Source: Hydrolagus affinis (taxonomy: Eukaryota). Taken from it: 64,000 nt of DNA. This document shows, in pieces, positions 43,181 to 57,548 of this stretch. The notes below the pieces were generated by a model. That model did no database searches. It saw only the letters and a program-made list of their open reading frames with translations, and was not told the origin of the DNA. The stretch is taken from assembly GCA_012026655.1 (NCBI GenBank), contig JAAILG010000456.1, forward strand, positions 1-64,000. The letters are read 5' to 3'. The stretch's first letter is position 1. Each line of letters begins with the position of its first letter. Both the position numbers and the translations under genes were made by a program.

Positions 43181-44389
43181 GCATAACTATTATCAGTCAC
43201 TGCAAAGAGAAATTGCTCAGTCAGAGCAAATTTGAAAGAGAAATTGGATGTTTTGAAGAATACTCTAAATACAAAAAAATGGACGATTCCTGTTAAACAG
43301 AATGAATGCAATGTGAATGGAGTAATTATGACCCAGTTTTACTACTATGGTATCATTCTCTCTATTTAACAATAATTCTATATCCTTTCTCTGCTGACAG
43401 TTGTCTGCATAACCAATGCATAACTATAGAAGAATGTATTGTAATGTAAGATCAAATATTTCCTCAACAATAATGCAGATGCCAAGGGAACACAATGAGT
43501 AGGAAGTGGCCATTTTATTTTTATGTAAGCCCAACTATCTAAAGGCTGATACCATTATTTTATTTCGGAAGAATAAAATAAAATGTGTTAAAATTCTGTA
43601 GGTTGGGATCTATCTTGTGCTGATCACTAAAAATAACAAATAATAAACCAGAAATTAAAGAAATTTTTTTTTTAATAAAAGATCTAGCAATCAGATATAG
43701 CTGTGATATTATGTGATTTCTGTGATTTATATTATGAGAATGAACAATGTAATTTACAGGGTGAAACGTTATCAAAAAAAAGGTCAGTCTAGGGGTACCA
43801 TATCTATGACATATATCCTTTAAAATGCTTTACAATGCTTTTATCAAACTGTACCAAATATATATTTATAATACACAGTATTTTACTAAACCACTCTTGT
43901 TAAGGAATTGGGTTAAAAGCTAAAATAATAGGACTTGGAAACAAAACTACTGTTTACACTAAATGCCTCTATTTCTTGCCAATTGATTAAAGATTTATGT
44001 TGCACTCTAATCACATGGACAAGGCTAATCTAAGTATGAGACGAAAGTGCTGTGTTGGTGATTGTGCACTCATACTTCACATCTGTATCGGGCATAGTTT
44101 AACAAACTGAAATGCTGAAAAAGTCTTATTATTAAACTAATCCACAACTAACTTTCTAAATTTGTTTCTCTAAATTTGTTTGACCAATAACAAGATCCAG
44201 TGTAATCGTGAGTTATGCTAACACATGCTAACACATGTCATCATACTATTTGTTAAGTCACCATGCCTCAGTTTGTAGCCACACACTAACAAATCACAGG
44301 TTATTCGATTCATACAGTTCTAAGGTCTCACACTACAGAAAAGCAACACAGGAAAGAACTGTATTAATCTCACACACAAGGATTCCTAC

Positions 44390-44455
44390 CTGGATTCTTG
44401 TTTAAAACTTCAAGAGAAGAAAATGTTGGCCTCATATTATCCAATTTTGGAGTAG
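44390..44455 (-). CDS. ntng1: Netrin-G1 alternative cassette exon (66 nt, phase 1/1), equivalent to mammalian exon 6
   Basis: cctgtgcagcag|CT ... CCA G|gtagga. Translates xTPKLDNMRPTFSSLEVLNKNP, similar in length and motifs (PK..., SSLEV.N) to the mammalian alternative segment PPKFNRIWPNISSLEVSNPKQ as I recall it. Confidence 0.82.
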
Positions 44456-47400
44456 CTGCTGCACAGGTTTAAAAAATTAAGAAGGAAGGCATAATTTCCA
44501 GGTCTGTTTGCTTTTTTCTCTTTGAACTCAACATTGTTTGGTAAAAATAGAATGTTGGTACAATATATAGAATCTTATGAAATTAATCTCTAATGCAAGG
44601 TGGGTAGCCTTTCGAAACACCAATTTAAGTAACTTGTTTTTCCATTTACTTAACCATGGGAATGGCAGTAGAAAATTACACATAATAGAAATATGGTAGA
44701 AACCTACATTCATGTGGTATTCACCAGAACAAAAGATCCAGTGTTATTTCAGTAGAAGAAAATGTAAAAGCACTCTCCCATACTGCTCAACGTTAAAATC
44801 TGTAGAATTAGTTTTCGTTGAGGTTCTCCAGAGAGCCATGTTTCCAAGTTTCACAAATTCTTTTCACTCTCTCCCCACACTAACCACCCACACGCGTACA
44901 AACTCTTTGCTTCTTAAAGCATTGGTTCATGGTGGAGTATAGTTCTACTGATTGTCTCCTGTACCCTGTCCCATTGCACTGTCTATGAGTGTAGATCCAG
45001 ATAATGTGTGTCACCAGATTAAGTTCATATCTCAGCCCTTTCCTGACCTTGGAATTTATCCACACCTTCATACAGCGGTTGGTGAATAGCTATCAGGAAC
45101 GAGAACCCAGATTATTTTTTCCCCTCCCCATCCATAACAAAAGAGTGTTGAGGTCAAGTCTACCAGATATGTAACCTGGTATCTTTTGAATCTGTAACAC
45201 ACCTGACCCCAACCCTGCTTTACATTCAACAAAATAAGTAGTGCACCTTTTGTTAGCCATGATAGTGTCTACACTCCTCCTCCCATTCCCTCAAGGCAGT
45301 GTTAACACTGAGCAAACAACACTGGCCTGCAGAATCTCATCTAAGAACAGTCTATTTAACTAATGCGTCAGCCCCTGCTTCACTTCATCACAAGCTCAAA
45401 CGAACGACCGCAGAATACTCCCCAACCATTTCAAGTAATTAGTACATATCGCTCGTATTAAATGAAGACAAAGATACAGTACAATTGTACATTTGCTGCA
45501 AGGGAGGACTGAACTACAAGTTAAATATACATGAGTAACCAACACAAGACATCCTAAAACTGACTGTGATGTGATGCTAATTATTTCCTCTTGACTTCAG
45601 CTTTTGTGCCCACACAGATGCTGAAGTCTTATTAAAATATCTTACTTAATTTGCTTGATTCAATTTCATGTTCAATTTAACAGTACTTTCTCCCCTTTCC
45701 ATATTCTCTGGTACATCAAAAAGATTACTCCAAGATGATATCTTCTAATCTATTCCTGTGTCTGGACAGAAAAGCGAATAGAGAACCCTCATCAGCCTGG
45801 AAAGAGTTATACCTGTCCTTATTTAAAATTCTTTATTTGAGAAGACCAGGAATAATATTGCTCGACAGCAGTAAAATTAATTTACTTATAAACTCACAAC
45901 TTTAGAACAAATGAAACATGTCAATTGTCATGTCTACTGGTGCCTATTCAGATTCCAGTCTTCCAGTGAAGACTGACATTTGAAGAGATACTTCTTATCG
46001 TGTTGAAGAAAATGACGTATTTCCATGTCTGAGCCCTACGGGAAGTAGCTATTATTGCAAATATAAATTGAAAGATCATTGATAGTTAATCAGATTTGAA
46101 CTCATAAAAATCATCATTCTACATGGTTATAAATACAAACTTATGTAAGCAGATCTCCGTAGATTTGACACCAGAGTTTCTGAATCTGGGCATCTTCAGA
46201 GTATTGATATTAGCTGCTGTGCTTTACAGTTTGCACATTTATCAGACTCAAAATGGTACTGATGGAATTGATTGCTGTTTAAAAGAATATTAAAATTACA
46301 TTACCGGTACTCCATCAGTGCATAACTCTATCAAGTATTATGAAGCTTAATTTTGAGCTAAATCATTGGATAATGGTTGCTTCTGAAACACACAATCGAG
46401 TTTATTGCAATTAATATTTTCAAATTCAAACTGAATTAATCTCGCGTACAGCTTTGTTTTGGTAACATTTTGCAAATGACTTCCAGTTGACAGAAAGTGC
46501 CACCACTTACTACTCAATGAAAGAGCAAAATGAATAACAAATTCTATTGGGGAATCAGGTGCCACAAGGCATTAGAGCACTGGGGTTTCACTTGGTTTGA
46601 ATCCATCCCATGGCTTCAGTTTCTCCTGTAACTTGTCTTCATGAAATGGATTTGTTTCAGTGGGTTTGGGCCAACAGAAAAAAATGCACTATGATTTGGC
46701 ACAAATTTTGTATGAAGCTGTTTCACCAACAAAAGCCACAAAGATAATTACTAGGAGAGTTGGCAATGGTGTTGTATGAGCTCTCATCCAGAATTAGGGT
46801 TAACATGTGCTATTAAACCGGAATAGAATCCGATTCACATCTCCTTCTGGTACCTCTTGAAGTTGACATTAGGTGGAAAAAGTAGAAGAAACTTTTTGTC
46901 GCAAAGCACCCACATCACTCACTTCATTCACAAAAGTATTCGAACCAATGGTTTAAATAAAGTAAATTGTGGGTTTATTCTCTTTGTCCCCTGTAACATC
47001 ATGGCATTTTGTTGGTCTTCGGTGAGATCATGATGGGAACAAACCTCAAAAGTTGCAAGTGTTAAAGCCAGATTTCCTTATTAATCAAAGAATGCAAGGA
47101 GTGCAAGAGATAATTCTGAGCATTCAATATCAATCAAATTTTTAATCCTGGTAGTCTCGTCCTTACATGTTCACAAGAAGATTCCATTCTACACAAGCAA
47201 AATAAAGATTGAAGATCACTACTGTTACCAACCGGTGCGTGACAGATCTCCGTGCTATAATCTGAAGTTCAGTTCCCTTCCAGGTAGAAATCAAAATACA
47301 GAGTAAATTATTTGTCTGCTGAAGTAGGGTTGTGGGAGGAAACATTAGATCATCAGAAGGTTCAAGGCTTTTCCCTTGCCTTCTCTACACAAATCCTCTG

Positions 47401-48252
47401 GGCCCATTTGCTCCTAGCTATGATTGTGGTTTATTTCATAGAACATCTGCTCTCAGTAGCTTTATCTCCAGCTGCACCCCATTCCTATGCCAAATACTGT
47501 ACACACCATTTTGTCTTATGCATTGATCTGCGTTTATCAACATAGTCAAAGTTATTGTGTTGTTGATTTACGTTTATTCTAAACATTTATTTTTGTCAGC
47601 TGGATATCTGAAACACGTTGAAGAATAGTGGCCCTATCCTTAATAGGTCTTTCAAATATAGTTGTAGATGTTATCCTGATAAATAGTCATATACCCAACA
47701 CTTTGCATTGACATCAAGAATTCATGATATGATGTGTTATTCTTTTAAGATAAAGGGACAGAAGTATTTTAATCTTTGTTTCTATTCATATTTTTTCTGA
47801 ACTCTCATACATCTAAGCAACATGAAAAGTCTGTGCACTAAGGATCTTCACACTGTAGAAACAGGCTGGGACGAATCAAGCTGGTTACACAAATCACTAA
47901 CCTTTGAAAGACACATCCTCAAAATCTGTGACACCCATCTGTCAACAGACAGTCTTCAAGGCAATAATGAAAAAAGCTTTGACCTCTCAATAAGGAATCG
48001 GGGGTAATTGGAGGAACGAGTGGATAAAAATAAAATACAATAAAATGATGGAAGACTTTTTTGATATTGTACAGAATGACATCTACTGTACAGGACAAAA
48101 ATGGGACACTCAGCTCAATAAGTCCATACCACTGTTTGTCCTCCACATGAATCTCCCACCTCCTAATTCTATCTCCCTATCCACCTCTATTCCTTTCTCC
48201 ACGCACACTGCCAAATTTGGTAAATTTACTGAGCAGCAAGGAATATGATATA

Positions 48253-48455
48253 GAGTAAAAGCCTGTTTATCCGGCACCCTTGGGACCTGGCCAATGCCGG
48301 TTAAAGCGCATGCCGGATATTCGGCCGAAAACACTCCCCCAAAAAAATGCATTTTTCCGGATAAATTCCGGTTAATCGAATGCGGACTTTTTTTTTAAGT
48401 GCCGGATTTACGGAAGTTACAGTTGATCGGGTGCCGGATAAACGGGCTTTTACTG
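48253..48455. mobile_element. Tigger/pogo-like MITE, related to 17915-18258
   Basis: TA-gagtaaaagcctgtttatccggcac ... gtgccggataaacgggcttttactg-TA. Confidence 0.87.
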
Positions 48456-50440
48456 TACTTGCTCACCTAGGTCTGTAAAGTTACTACTGAGAGGAAGTAC
48501 GGGTGTTTTTGACAACAAAAGTGGCTCCAAAAAATAATTTAAAGTGAAAAAAAGTATTACATATATTGGGAAGGCGCCCAGACCTACCTGTATTGAAGAC
48601 AGCCATTCCTTCCTGGTATTTCCACATAAAATGGTGGAAGTATCAAGTCACATATACCCGCAAATAAAATGGCAATGCAAAACACCGCTCAACTAATAAA
48701 ATATTACTTCTGCACTCTTGTGCAATGTGAGCTTATTAAGCCAAACTCATGCCAATACTATAAACCTGAATGAAACGGATTCCAGTGCATGTTTAAAGTA
48801 CATTTTTTAGAAAGCATGCAGTAGAATACAACAGATGTACTAGAGAAACACAAGTGAATTAAATAAATTAAATTTTGTAGATTTTATTTATCGAAAGCAT
48901 TCCACCAGTTTGTTTTGATGAACTAAAGGTCTAAAGAATTACAATGCCTACATTAGAACAGTAATCCCTTTATCGCCCATGAATTTTTATGACGCCGGAT
49001 TGAATTACAGTACGGTACCATATGTTTTCAGGTGTCCTGAAACCTGCAGGTATTAAATACGAGGAATCGCTCTTTACACAGAAGCTGTTTGTAAGCTGCA
49101 AACTGCATAAGTTCAATAACTCATTTATGGTGCAATTAGGATATAAATCTAGAAAAAACAGCTAATTTTCCACTGGTGCTTTTCCATTACCATGAATACA
49201 GTTTTGTGCTATAGCAGACCTGTGTGAAATAGCGGTTCTACATTATTTTTTTCCTATTACATGCACTGCAGGATTAAATGCAAAATAAATACTAGTAAAT
49301 AAATGATATTCCTTAACCTTCCTAGGAAATAAATCAATAAGTATTTCAAATTTACACACAATACCTGAATTCGAAAATAGAGAGTAGTCTTCCCCAGTTC
49401 AGTTCTTAACTATCTATACAAAATAATTCTAGTGACTCTTTTTCATATAATTATAATATTTCACACCAGATGTGATAGATATTTTGGAAGATACTCTTTC
49501 ATACCAAAAACTTAGGTTGTAGGATACAGGAAATATCAATGCATATTTGTGTATAGTTTTCTGAAAGTAATATTCTGCAACCTATCTGAGAAGGCAAGCA
49601 CAGCTATTGAACATCCCCACAAGAAATATTGTATTTCTTATGGTCTAGACCGGTAGTATTGTTTCAGAAATCCTACCTTGCTTTGCGATAGCAACTTCTA
49701 GAGATGAAACACTTGGGTGTGTCCTATCATGTTTTGGATGAGCTGCATGCATTAGGAAAAATCAGGAATTATTAATCCTAACTAGAGAAAAATGTTTCAC
49801 AAAACTGAAAGGACAAACACATCGACCATAGACAGCTGTTAATGCAATTGTCCAAAATGCATTTGCATATTGCATGACTGCAACAGCTTTATAGACAAAC
49901 AAGAGATGTTTCCAGAAATCTGAGGAACTTTTTCTGGAAGCCATCATATATATTTAGATACACTAAATAAACATTCAGTAGTGGTGTAATGATTTCCTAC
50001 CAAAGACCACTTTAATTCGATTTATTTTATTAGAGAACATGAAGTCAGCAGTGAAACCTTCGGTCGATTCTTGGTTGACTTTACTTTTCCCCTCTATATT
50101 TTGCCAACCCTGATAATTTTATCTCCCCAATATTTCTTTTGCTGTTTTTTTTAGTTTCTGCCAAGAAAATGGTTTGTCCTACAAATACTTTGGCACGTGA
50201 ACTGACCGACATTGCCTCTGAAGTTCTTTGAGAAGATTTTGACATTTTAGATGTTATAAAATATACGATGGTTATACTGTATATACCAATAGGAAAAAGG
50301 TAGGAGAAACCAAAAGGAATAATATTTTTGCAAAACAGTGACAATTACTTCTACTGTAATAATAATAATCCTTGTGATATGATGCCTTTCACTTTGTGAG
50401 GACATCTTCTGCTTTGCAGAATTTAAGGTAAAGTACAGTG

Positions 50441-50660
50441 TAGGGTCCGTCGATATGGAAATTTTCCGATATCGATATATTGGTTTGCCCATATCGACAT
50501 ATATCGATATATTGATATCGCGTTTTTTTTTGTCCATTCCGGTGCGTGCGCGTGCGTTTGGATATCGACAAGGTAAGTTGAAAAAGTACGTATTATACAG
50601 ATATATCGCTGGACACGATATAACGAATTTTTAGATATATCGATATATCGCCGGACCCAA
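50441..50660. mobile_element. hAT-superfamily MITE with 8-bp TSD
   Basis: TIRs tagggtccgtcgatat / atatcgccggacccaa. Perfect direct repeat GTACAGTG at 50433-50440 and 50661-50668. CpG-rich atatcgat repeats. Confidence 0.92.
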
Positions 50661-50937
50661 GTACAGTGACACTATTTGGGAAGTGAATAGAAGCCTTCTA
50701 TATATTTTGCAGCTCTGTAGTTGGCTATGAAATCACACAAAAATGATAGTCCTTCAACTGGAGGGCACAAAACATTTTCATAAAAAATCCAGATGACAAT
50801 GTATTGAGAAAATACCGTAGAGCTAACTGACCCCAGTACCCCCAAAAAGATATATTGCAAGGAATTAGAACATCAAATTCCATGGGATATGTTACTTAAA
50901 GTAAACTACATGTGTACACATGACAAAGAAAGATGTT

Positions 50938-51322
50938 GTGGAGCCCTGTAGCTTAGTAGTTATAGCATTTGCCTCTCTAGCTAGAGGACCTCAGTTCAAT
51001 TATCAGGCAGGGTGAAATGTTGAGCAAGTTTCCTTATTCCACACACCTCTGTTTACCTAGTGGAAAGTAGGAACCTGATTGTTAGTTGATTGTTGGATCG
51101 CTTTTCCCGGGGTAATCCCTTCAAAACATTTTAAAAAAAAACGAATCATTTGGTGACTCAATCCACAACTGTTTGTGGCCCACTGCCGTGTGCAATTGGT
51201 TGCTGTGTTTCGCCCACAAAATGTAGTGTCATTTCACTTTACATTATATTCTGTGAAGCGCTTTGAGATATCTCAAAGATGTGATAGGCGCTACATAAAA
51301 TGTAAGGATTATCATTAGTATT
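50938..51322 (+). mobile_element. Full-length SINE, longer diverged variant
   Basis: tRNA-like head (gtagcttagtagttatagc..gttcaatt), an extra internal segment, body and ggcgctacataaaatgtaaggatt tail. Confidence 0.85.
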
Positions 51323-51781
51323 ATTTCTATCTTGGTTTGGTTTAATGAAAGGCTCTCTCAAACCATCAACCATTTTGCTTTCCAAAAATACTGCCCTGTC
51401 AGCAAACTGTGAATTGCTTAAACCATACATTACAAAGATAGAGACAGGTAGGGGTGACATTTCTCTGTACCTTTTAATATGCTTGAAACATATCTTACAC
51501 TTTAAATTCCATCCTCAGTGTAGACCAAAAGCAATGCTGAGCATTGAGAAGGAAAGAAGGGAGTGCTATCTCTTGTATGAGTAACTGAATGGAGAAATTG
51601 TTGTTTGCAGTAGAGAACTTCCATTATCTAAAGCATAGACATCCTTGATGCACTTGTAACAAATACTTTTTTGCTGTTATGGAAGTGTTATGATCTCAAA
51701 TTGAAGAGGTGTGGCTTCAAATCACTTTGTTAGTAACAGTTAGTCAACCAGAACAGAGATTCAGAAATGTATAAGTCAATG

Positions 51782-51815
51782 AGTATGTATGTATGTAAGT
51801 ATGTATGTATGTATG
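51782..51815. repeat. (GTAT)n microsatellite
   Basis: Imperfect gtatgtat run. Confidence 0.85.
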
Positions 51816-54119
51816 CACGCATGCATACAATTAATTAATTAAATTTTGTATTAACTTTGAGACCAGCCAAAAGAATTACAATGGTCTTTTCCAGTCCTGT
51901 ATATTCCTCTGGTCCCACTTACCAGCTTGCAAAAATGGGAGCAGCTCAAATATAGCTGGTTGCACTCATGCCATCTACAATTCTGTACCATTAGATTGCC
52001 CTGGACCATGACAATTCGAAGCATCTTTAAGTGCATTGAGATCAGAGCCACTGCAATACCCATAGGACCACTGGAGTTGGTCGCAGATATGAATAACAGG
52101 CCTTCTATATTCCCTGCAGCTCTGAAGTTCATCTAGACAGCTATTCAACAAGGGATACTTGCTAAACCCAGGAAATACTAACAGAAAGAGGACCTTCATT
52201 ATATATATATACTGTAATACTATACAGTACATATATTTAAAAAAAACACAAGAAACTCTTCTACCTTTGAAATTACACAAGTGCGTAAGAAAATATTGGT
52301 TTAGTAAACATCTTAAAAGTATATAAATGATATCTGTTAATAAAATAAAAAGTCAATGTTACAATATTAAAGAAAAGTAATGATATGCTTCTTATGTTTT
52401 TGTGGATGTACTGATGCAAGACCAGTATTTGTAATATACAGGGATTAAGGCAGGAGAACTGGGCTAAGACTACAAAGTTATTCAGTAAATCATCAGTGAA
52501 AGATCTTGGAACTCAAACCAATGAAATTCTTTACCTTAGAACTGCTTTGGTTTCAAAAAATTACGGTCTCACATTTCACATGGTCAAAGCCTCAAGAGCA
52601 CTATATCTTAAAACTTCAGACAGTTCAAAATGTTAGAACATTCTTAAATTTGCAAGTCGGATTTCCACAGTTCGCCTTATGAACGTTGGACAATTTTGCA
52701 TGATCGTACATGTCAAGACAGTTTAAAAAAATTCCCAGAAGGCATAAAACCCAAACCATCTGATTTAAAGGTAAGAGTAGTACCAGTGTGCTGCACTGAC
52801 ATTGAACAGACTTAAAGCAAAGACCATGAGAAATTTCTAGTCTCCAGGCGTTTAAGACAAATAACCCTTACAGAAATTGGCCTCTAAGATATTTGTGTTG
52901 TGCTTTTTTTCCCGATTTGTAGGCATGAATACATTAAATTAAAGCTTACGTTGCGAGCTACTATTTTTCTGCAATCTACATCCAGAAACGTTAGGTGATG
53001 AAATGACAACCTGCCAACTGATGTTTGCACATTAAATCCAGGGCTTTTCTTAGTATAATTACTTTCAAGGTGGTAGAACTGAGCAAATCAAATGCTAATT
53101 AAGTGAAACCAGGTCTGTAAAACCTATGATTTGATGTGATGTGGCAGATGGCAGCCTATTATTATGTGACTTGGCTGCACTAAGAATGGATGAGAATCCG
53201 AAAGGCAAACTTGCGTAATGCAGTACCTGACTTAATCTCTGTTATTATTAAGCATGACTGAATCTAGTAACAATCTAGTAAGCAATTAACGATGTGATGG
53301 ATGGTTGTGCAAGGCATTATAAGTTGTTTATTTTTAGCCACATTTGTGTCAGTTAATATAGGTGTCCATCGCTATAGGTTTAAGGTGTTTTTTTTACAGA
53401 TTTTCTTGACCATTGTCATCTAGGTTTAAAATTCATCACAGCTGGTGAGGGCTCCGCCTATGATAAAATGAGAATGGGGCAATGAATGAATGATGGAATC
53501 CCCACCTTCCCGTGAAGTATTTCAGTGTGACAGGTGGCGTGAAAACACTTTCCTGATCTGTTGTTTCAGTTGATTCAGCAATATGGTTCAAATTCTGCAG
53601 CGAGAATTTATGCGGCACATTGAATGGAAAAGTTACTTGTAGTAAAACTGCTGAGAAACTACTAACCCACAGGAGGTGCATTTTCATACAGAGCAATCCG
53701 TCATTTTAACTACTGTACCTTCAAAATTATATATTTTTCCTCAGCTGACTGAATCCAGAGCTAATTGTATCATCCAACAATATGCATTGATTTTCCTGTA
53801 GCCCTTCTTTATTTTTAAAATAGAAAGAGACGCGGAGAGATTGCCCAGGAAGGTCTGCCTCCATTAGTCAAAGAATCCGTTGGCGTTTTGTGCTATTCCA
53901 AACAGCCAGCAGTTTTAACCAAACATCTGATACTGAATTTCCAATTAGATTTAATTTAACCAAACCCCAGACCTTCAACTTTGGTGAGAGCAACGTTAAT
54001 AAAACACCATTTTAAAATTCAGTTCAAATTCATATCTTATAGTGTGATCGAATAGGAATCACCAATAGAGGATACTGCTGTGATGGAAAATACATCATAC
54101 TGAACTCAGCTCTGACATG

Positions 54120-54510
54120 ATTTATGTCCAATCACTTCTGGTTACCAATAAGATCCACTCACTCATTTTCAAATCCCTTCATGCCCTCACACCTCCCTAC
54201 CTATCTGATCTGTTTGCCCCCCCCCAATGGACCACCTGCTGCTTCCGCTCCGCTGGCTCTGACCTCTTGTTTGTCCCTCGTCCCCTCCGTTCCACATTAG
54301 TGGCAATGATTTCAGCCAATTCACCTGAAAATTTGGAACTCTCTCCAACAATTCCTCTGCCTTGCCCATTCCCTTGCCACCTTGAAATCCCACCCAAAGA
54401 CCTTCCTTTTTGATTGTGCTAATGGTCACCTCCGACCTCCCTCTCCCCGGCTTGAATCTCTAGGCGCTACCTCTCATAAAGGGCGCTATATAAATGCAAG
54501 ACCTCTTGTT
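54120..54510 (+). mobile_element. L2 LINE 3' fragment (ORF2 C-terminus remnant + 3'UTR)
   Basis: Peptide KIHSLIFKSLHALTPPYLSDL..FRS resembles the L2 ORF2 end (FKALHGLAPPYLSDLL..LRS). Ends in gggcgctatataaatgcaag. Confidence 0.8.
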
Positions 54511-57500
54511 TGTCCCTCAAGACAAAGAGTTGATAGTTATGACTCAAGAGTCAAGGTAAACAACTCCTGCTACGAATGACTATATATTAGTCCCCAATAT
54601 GTGTGTATATTTAATTTGCTTTATGATTTTTACTGAGCCAACAGCAGAAATCAAGATAATTCACAGTGGATAGGATTTGGCTGATATCTTACCAAGTCAG
54701 ACTGATCAAATGCAATCAAAGTGATGGTGGCACCTTATTGAAACATCAGAAATATGAGAGCAGAGGCAGCCTTCCCCACTGTCAAACATGTCAATACCAA
54801 TATCTGTTTGCGATGAATCAACCATGCAAATAGCACTCAAAGTGCTAGACAGGCAGCAAAATAAAGCCATAAATCTATCAGTGACAGAAAAGTTACTTTC
54901 ATTTGGTGCCTTTCACGTGAAAGATTTTTGAAAAGCATTTAAAGTAGTGGTTGACTACGAGCAAGAATTTAGAGTTGACTAAAGGCACGATCAGAGAGTT
55001 AAGTCTTTCGGTGTTTTTTTTAAAAGGAAGTCGTAGTGAGATGAAATGGTTTTAGAAGAGAATTGCAGAGGTCAGTTGCTGAAAGCTTTGCTTACCTGCA
55101 TTTGAGAGATGGGGGGAATAGGCATCCTAAGATTAGTAAAAATCTTAAAGAAATGTGCTGATGTCTTTTAAAGCTTATTGGTAATTCAAATATCTTGCTA
55201 TTGCTTTTTTTAAATGACCAAATGTTCTTGCAATAGTTGATTTGCATTATTCACCCAATGTAAACCAATTCTAAGGCCTGAAATTTCTCCTGTGATCATT
55301 TTGGCTTTAAATTTACAATTAAGCAAAACTGAGAAAAAAAATCTTGCATTCAGCATTTTAAGAAGATTCCGTTTTTCTATGTTATATACTGTATATGGAA
55401 TAGAGTAGTGGTGGCTAACCAGACCTATAAGATATGCCCCACCCCACCCGAACATTTGCACTAGTCTAGCTAAATCTGTGTACACTTGTATGTTTCTAGG
55501 TTTTTCTTGAATGAATATATCTTATGGCATAAAATTTATTTTGTTGGCCAACCAAAAAAGATTACTTTTGACATGTGAACTAATGTCCAGATCAAATGTT
55601 GCAACCTGCCTTATTTTCATTTCACCTGCACAATATTTTCTCTCATATCTAACTCTCCTACTACACACGGAGAAGAGAAGTAAAGAATAAACTGTAAAAT
55701 ATAATAACATTGGCACGTAGGATGTATCAGAGAGCTAAAAATGGAAGTTGAGTGTAGGAAGGTTCATTCAATATAAAAGACTTTCTGTGGTTAGGTGATG
55801 TGATGAATTGACCAAATAAATCTTTAGTGCAGTAGGAAATATATGCAGCATTATTGCCCTTTTCCTTCCCAATGGACAGCATCCACTCTTTGACTCCACA
55901 CCCAGCTAAAAGCGAACATCAACGTGTCACCCATCAGTGAGCTGCTTCACTGGAAATTCAACAGATTGGAACTGGGTCAGTCCTGCATATGGATTGAGAC
56001 TGTCTGAGGCGGCACAATTCAGTTCTGCCTGAGTTCTGCTATATCCTTGGCCAATATTATATTCTTATCGGCTTGGATGCCTCAAAATCAGATTCACCAT
56101 CTGTCTGGATGTCAATCTGAGGAATTTCCAGTGAAGCCAATCAATGAGCGTGCCACTGATGTTAGCCGAGTGGCTCTCATCTATGTATACAGCTCTAAAA
56201 TGGAAAGACTGTTGGAAACAAAAACAACTTTATTTGCAAATATAGCATCTCCTTCCATTTACATATAGTTTGGCTAATGGAGGTAAGATGGTACTCTATA
56301 ACAGAGACAAAATATAAATGCTTATATGCTTCCAAGACCATATTACTCCTCATGTCAAGTATCAACCTTCATCGTTCCAAAAACTAGTAATTCTGAATGT
56401 TGGTCAACTTATTACCTTTATCCTTTTGTTTTTTATGGCATGAATTAAAAAAAATGATTTCACTGCTGACTTTTCTAAATTACTTTAGTACCCATTATAT
56501 TTAACATGTAAAATGCTAATCATCTTAATCATTTTCACAAATGACCAGTTTTTGGGCTGGAGTCAATTCAAACTAATTTTAATGTATCATCCAAATGTGT
56601 GTGATAGGTTTTACTCCCGCAAAACATTGCTCTGTAACAATTGAACTCAGTTTTGAAATAAAATGGGGTAAGGAATGCCTTTTGTTTGTTCTCAACAGCA
56701 GTCAGAGATGAATAGGAAATCATTGCAGCCATTTAATCGCTGTGCATTGTGTTGTGATTAAAAACAAACACTATTATAATACACATTTTAAGGAGCCATC
56801 ATGAAATTAAAAAGGAATGAATAATTCTGACCATTCAGCACCTGTGGTACATCAATCCAAGCATCAGAACTATCCTACAAAATGGGCACCTTGCTTACAG
56901 TCAGTATGTTTATGTATTATTTAATAAAGACAATGGGGGATTGACTCGTCTTGCAAGTTGACAGCAAAACATCTGCTAACGGATGTTGGCTTTTAATGTG
57001 GCAGATGGTTTGGAATGGCATGGTCAGCATGCGAATGGCTGGATAAATAGGAAGAGAGTTCATGCAAAACACCAGAAATAGAAAGTGCACCGATTCAGGC
57101 AGAAATATTTATTTAACCCATCTTCCATTTCTGCATTTAGGTTGCTGTGTCAGGATTTTGCAGGAATCGTTGCGTTGAAATAGTGGAAAGTTAACAGTTT
57201 TCCAAAATGTCACTTACCCATTCTCATAAAATATTCTTGCCAAGCATGTTTTCAGCCCAGCCTTTTCCTTTCAGTCAAGATGCATGTCAAATACATTATG
57301 ACAGCCTGTCTACTCCGTGCACAACAGTTTTTTTTTCAAGATGCTAATTCCTTTTTTTTGTGAAAACAAGTACAGGTACTAGCAGATTTTGCCTATATTC
57401 TCTGCTGTGTGCAGTCTGCAGTTAGTAAAATATGAACAAAATACCTGGAAGCTCATATTAAATGATTTACCCCACACAGAAATGGACAAAGGGCAAGTAG

Positions 57501-57548
57501 ATTTTAAGAAGATCTTAAGTAGATCTTATTAGAGGAGAATGTACTTAC

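Noticed and set aside
46545-46810. Weak resemblance to LF-SINE
   Set aside because: Too diverged to support without a profile search.
55085-55135. Pyrimidine tract + CAG|GTAAG on the minus strand (recursive splice site-like)
   Set aside because: The intron is only about 13 kb, the site lies in what looks like decayed L2 sequence, and the possible 31-nt exon would shift the frame.
56834-56852. TTCAGCACC REST/RE1 left half-site
   Set aside because: The GGACAG right half is missing.
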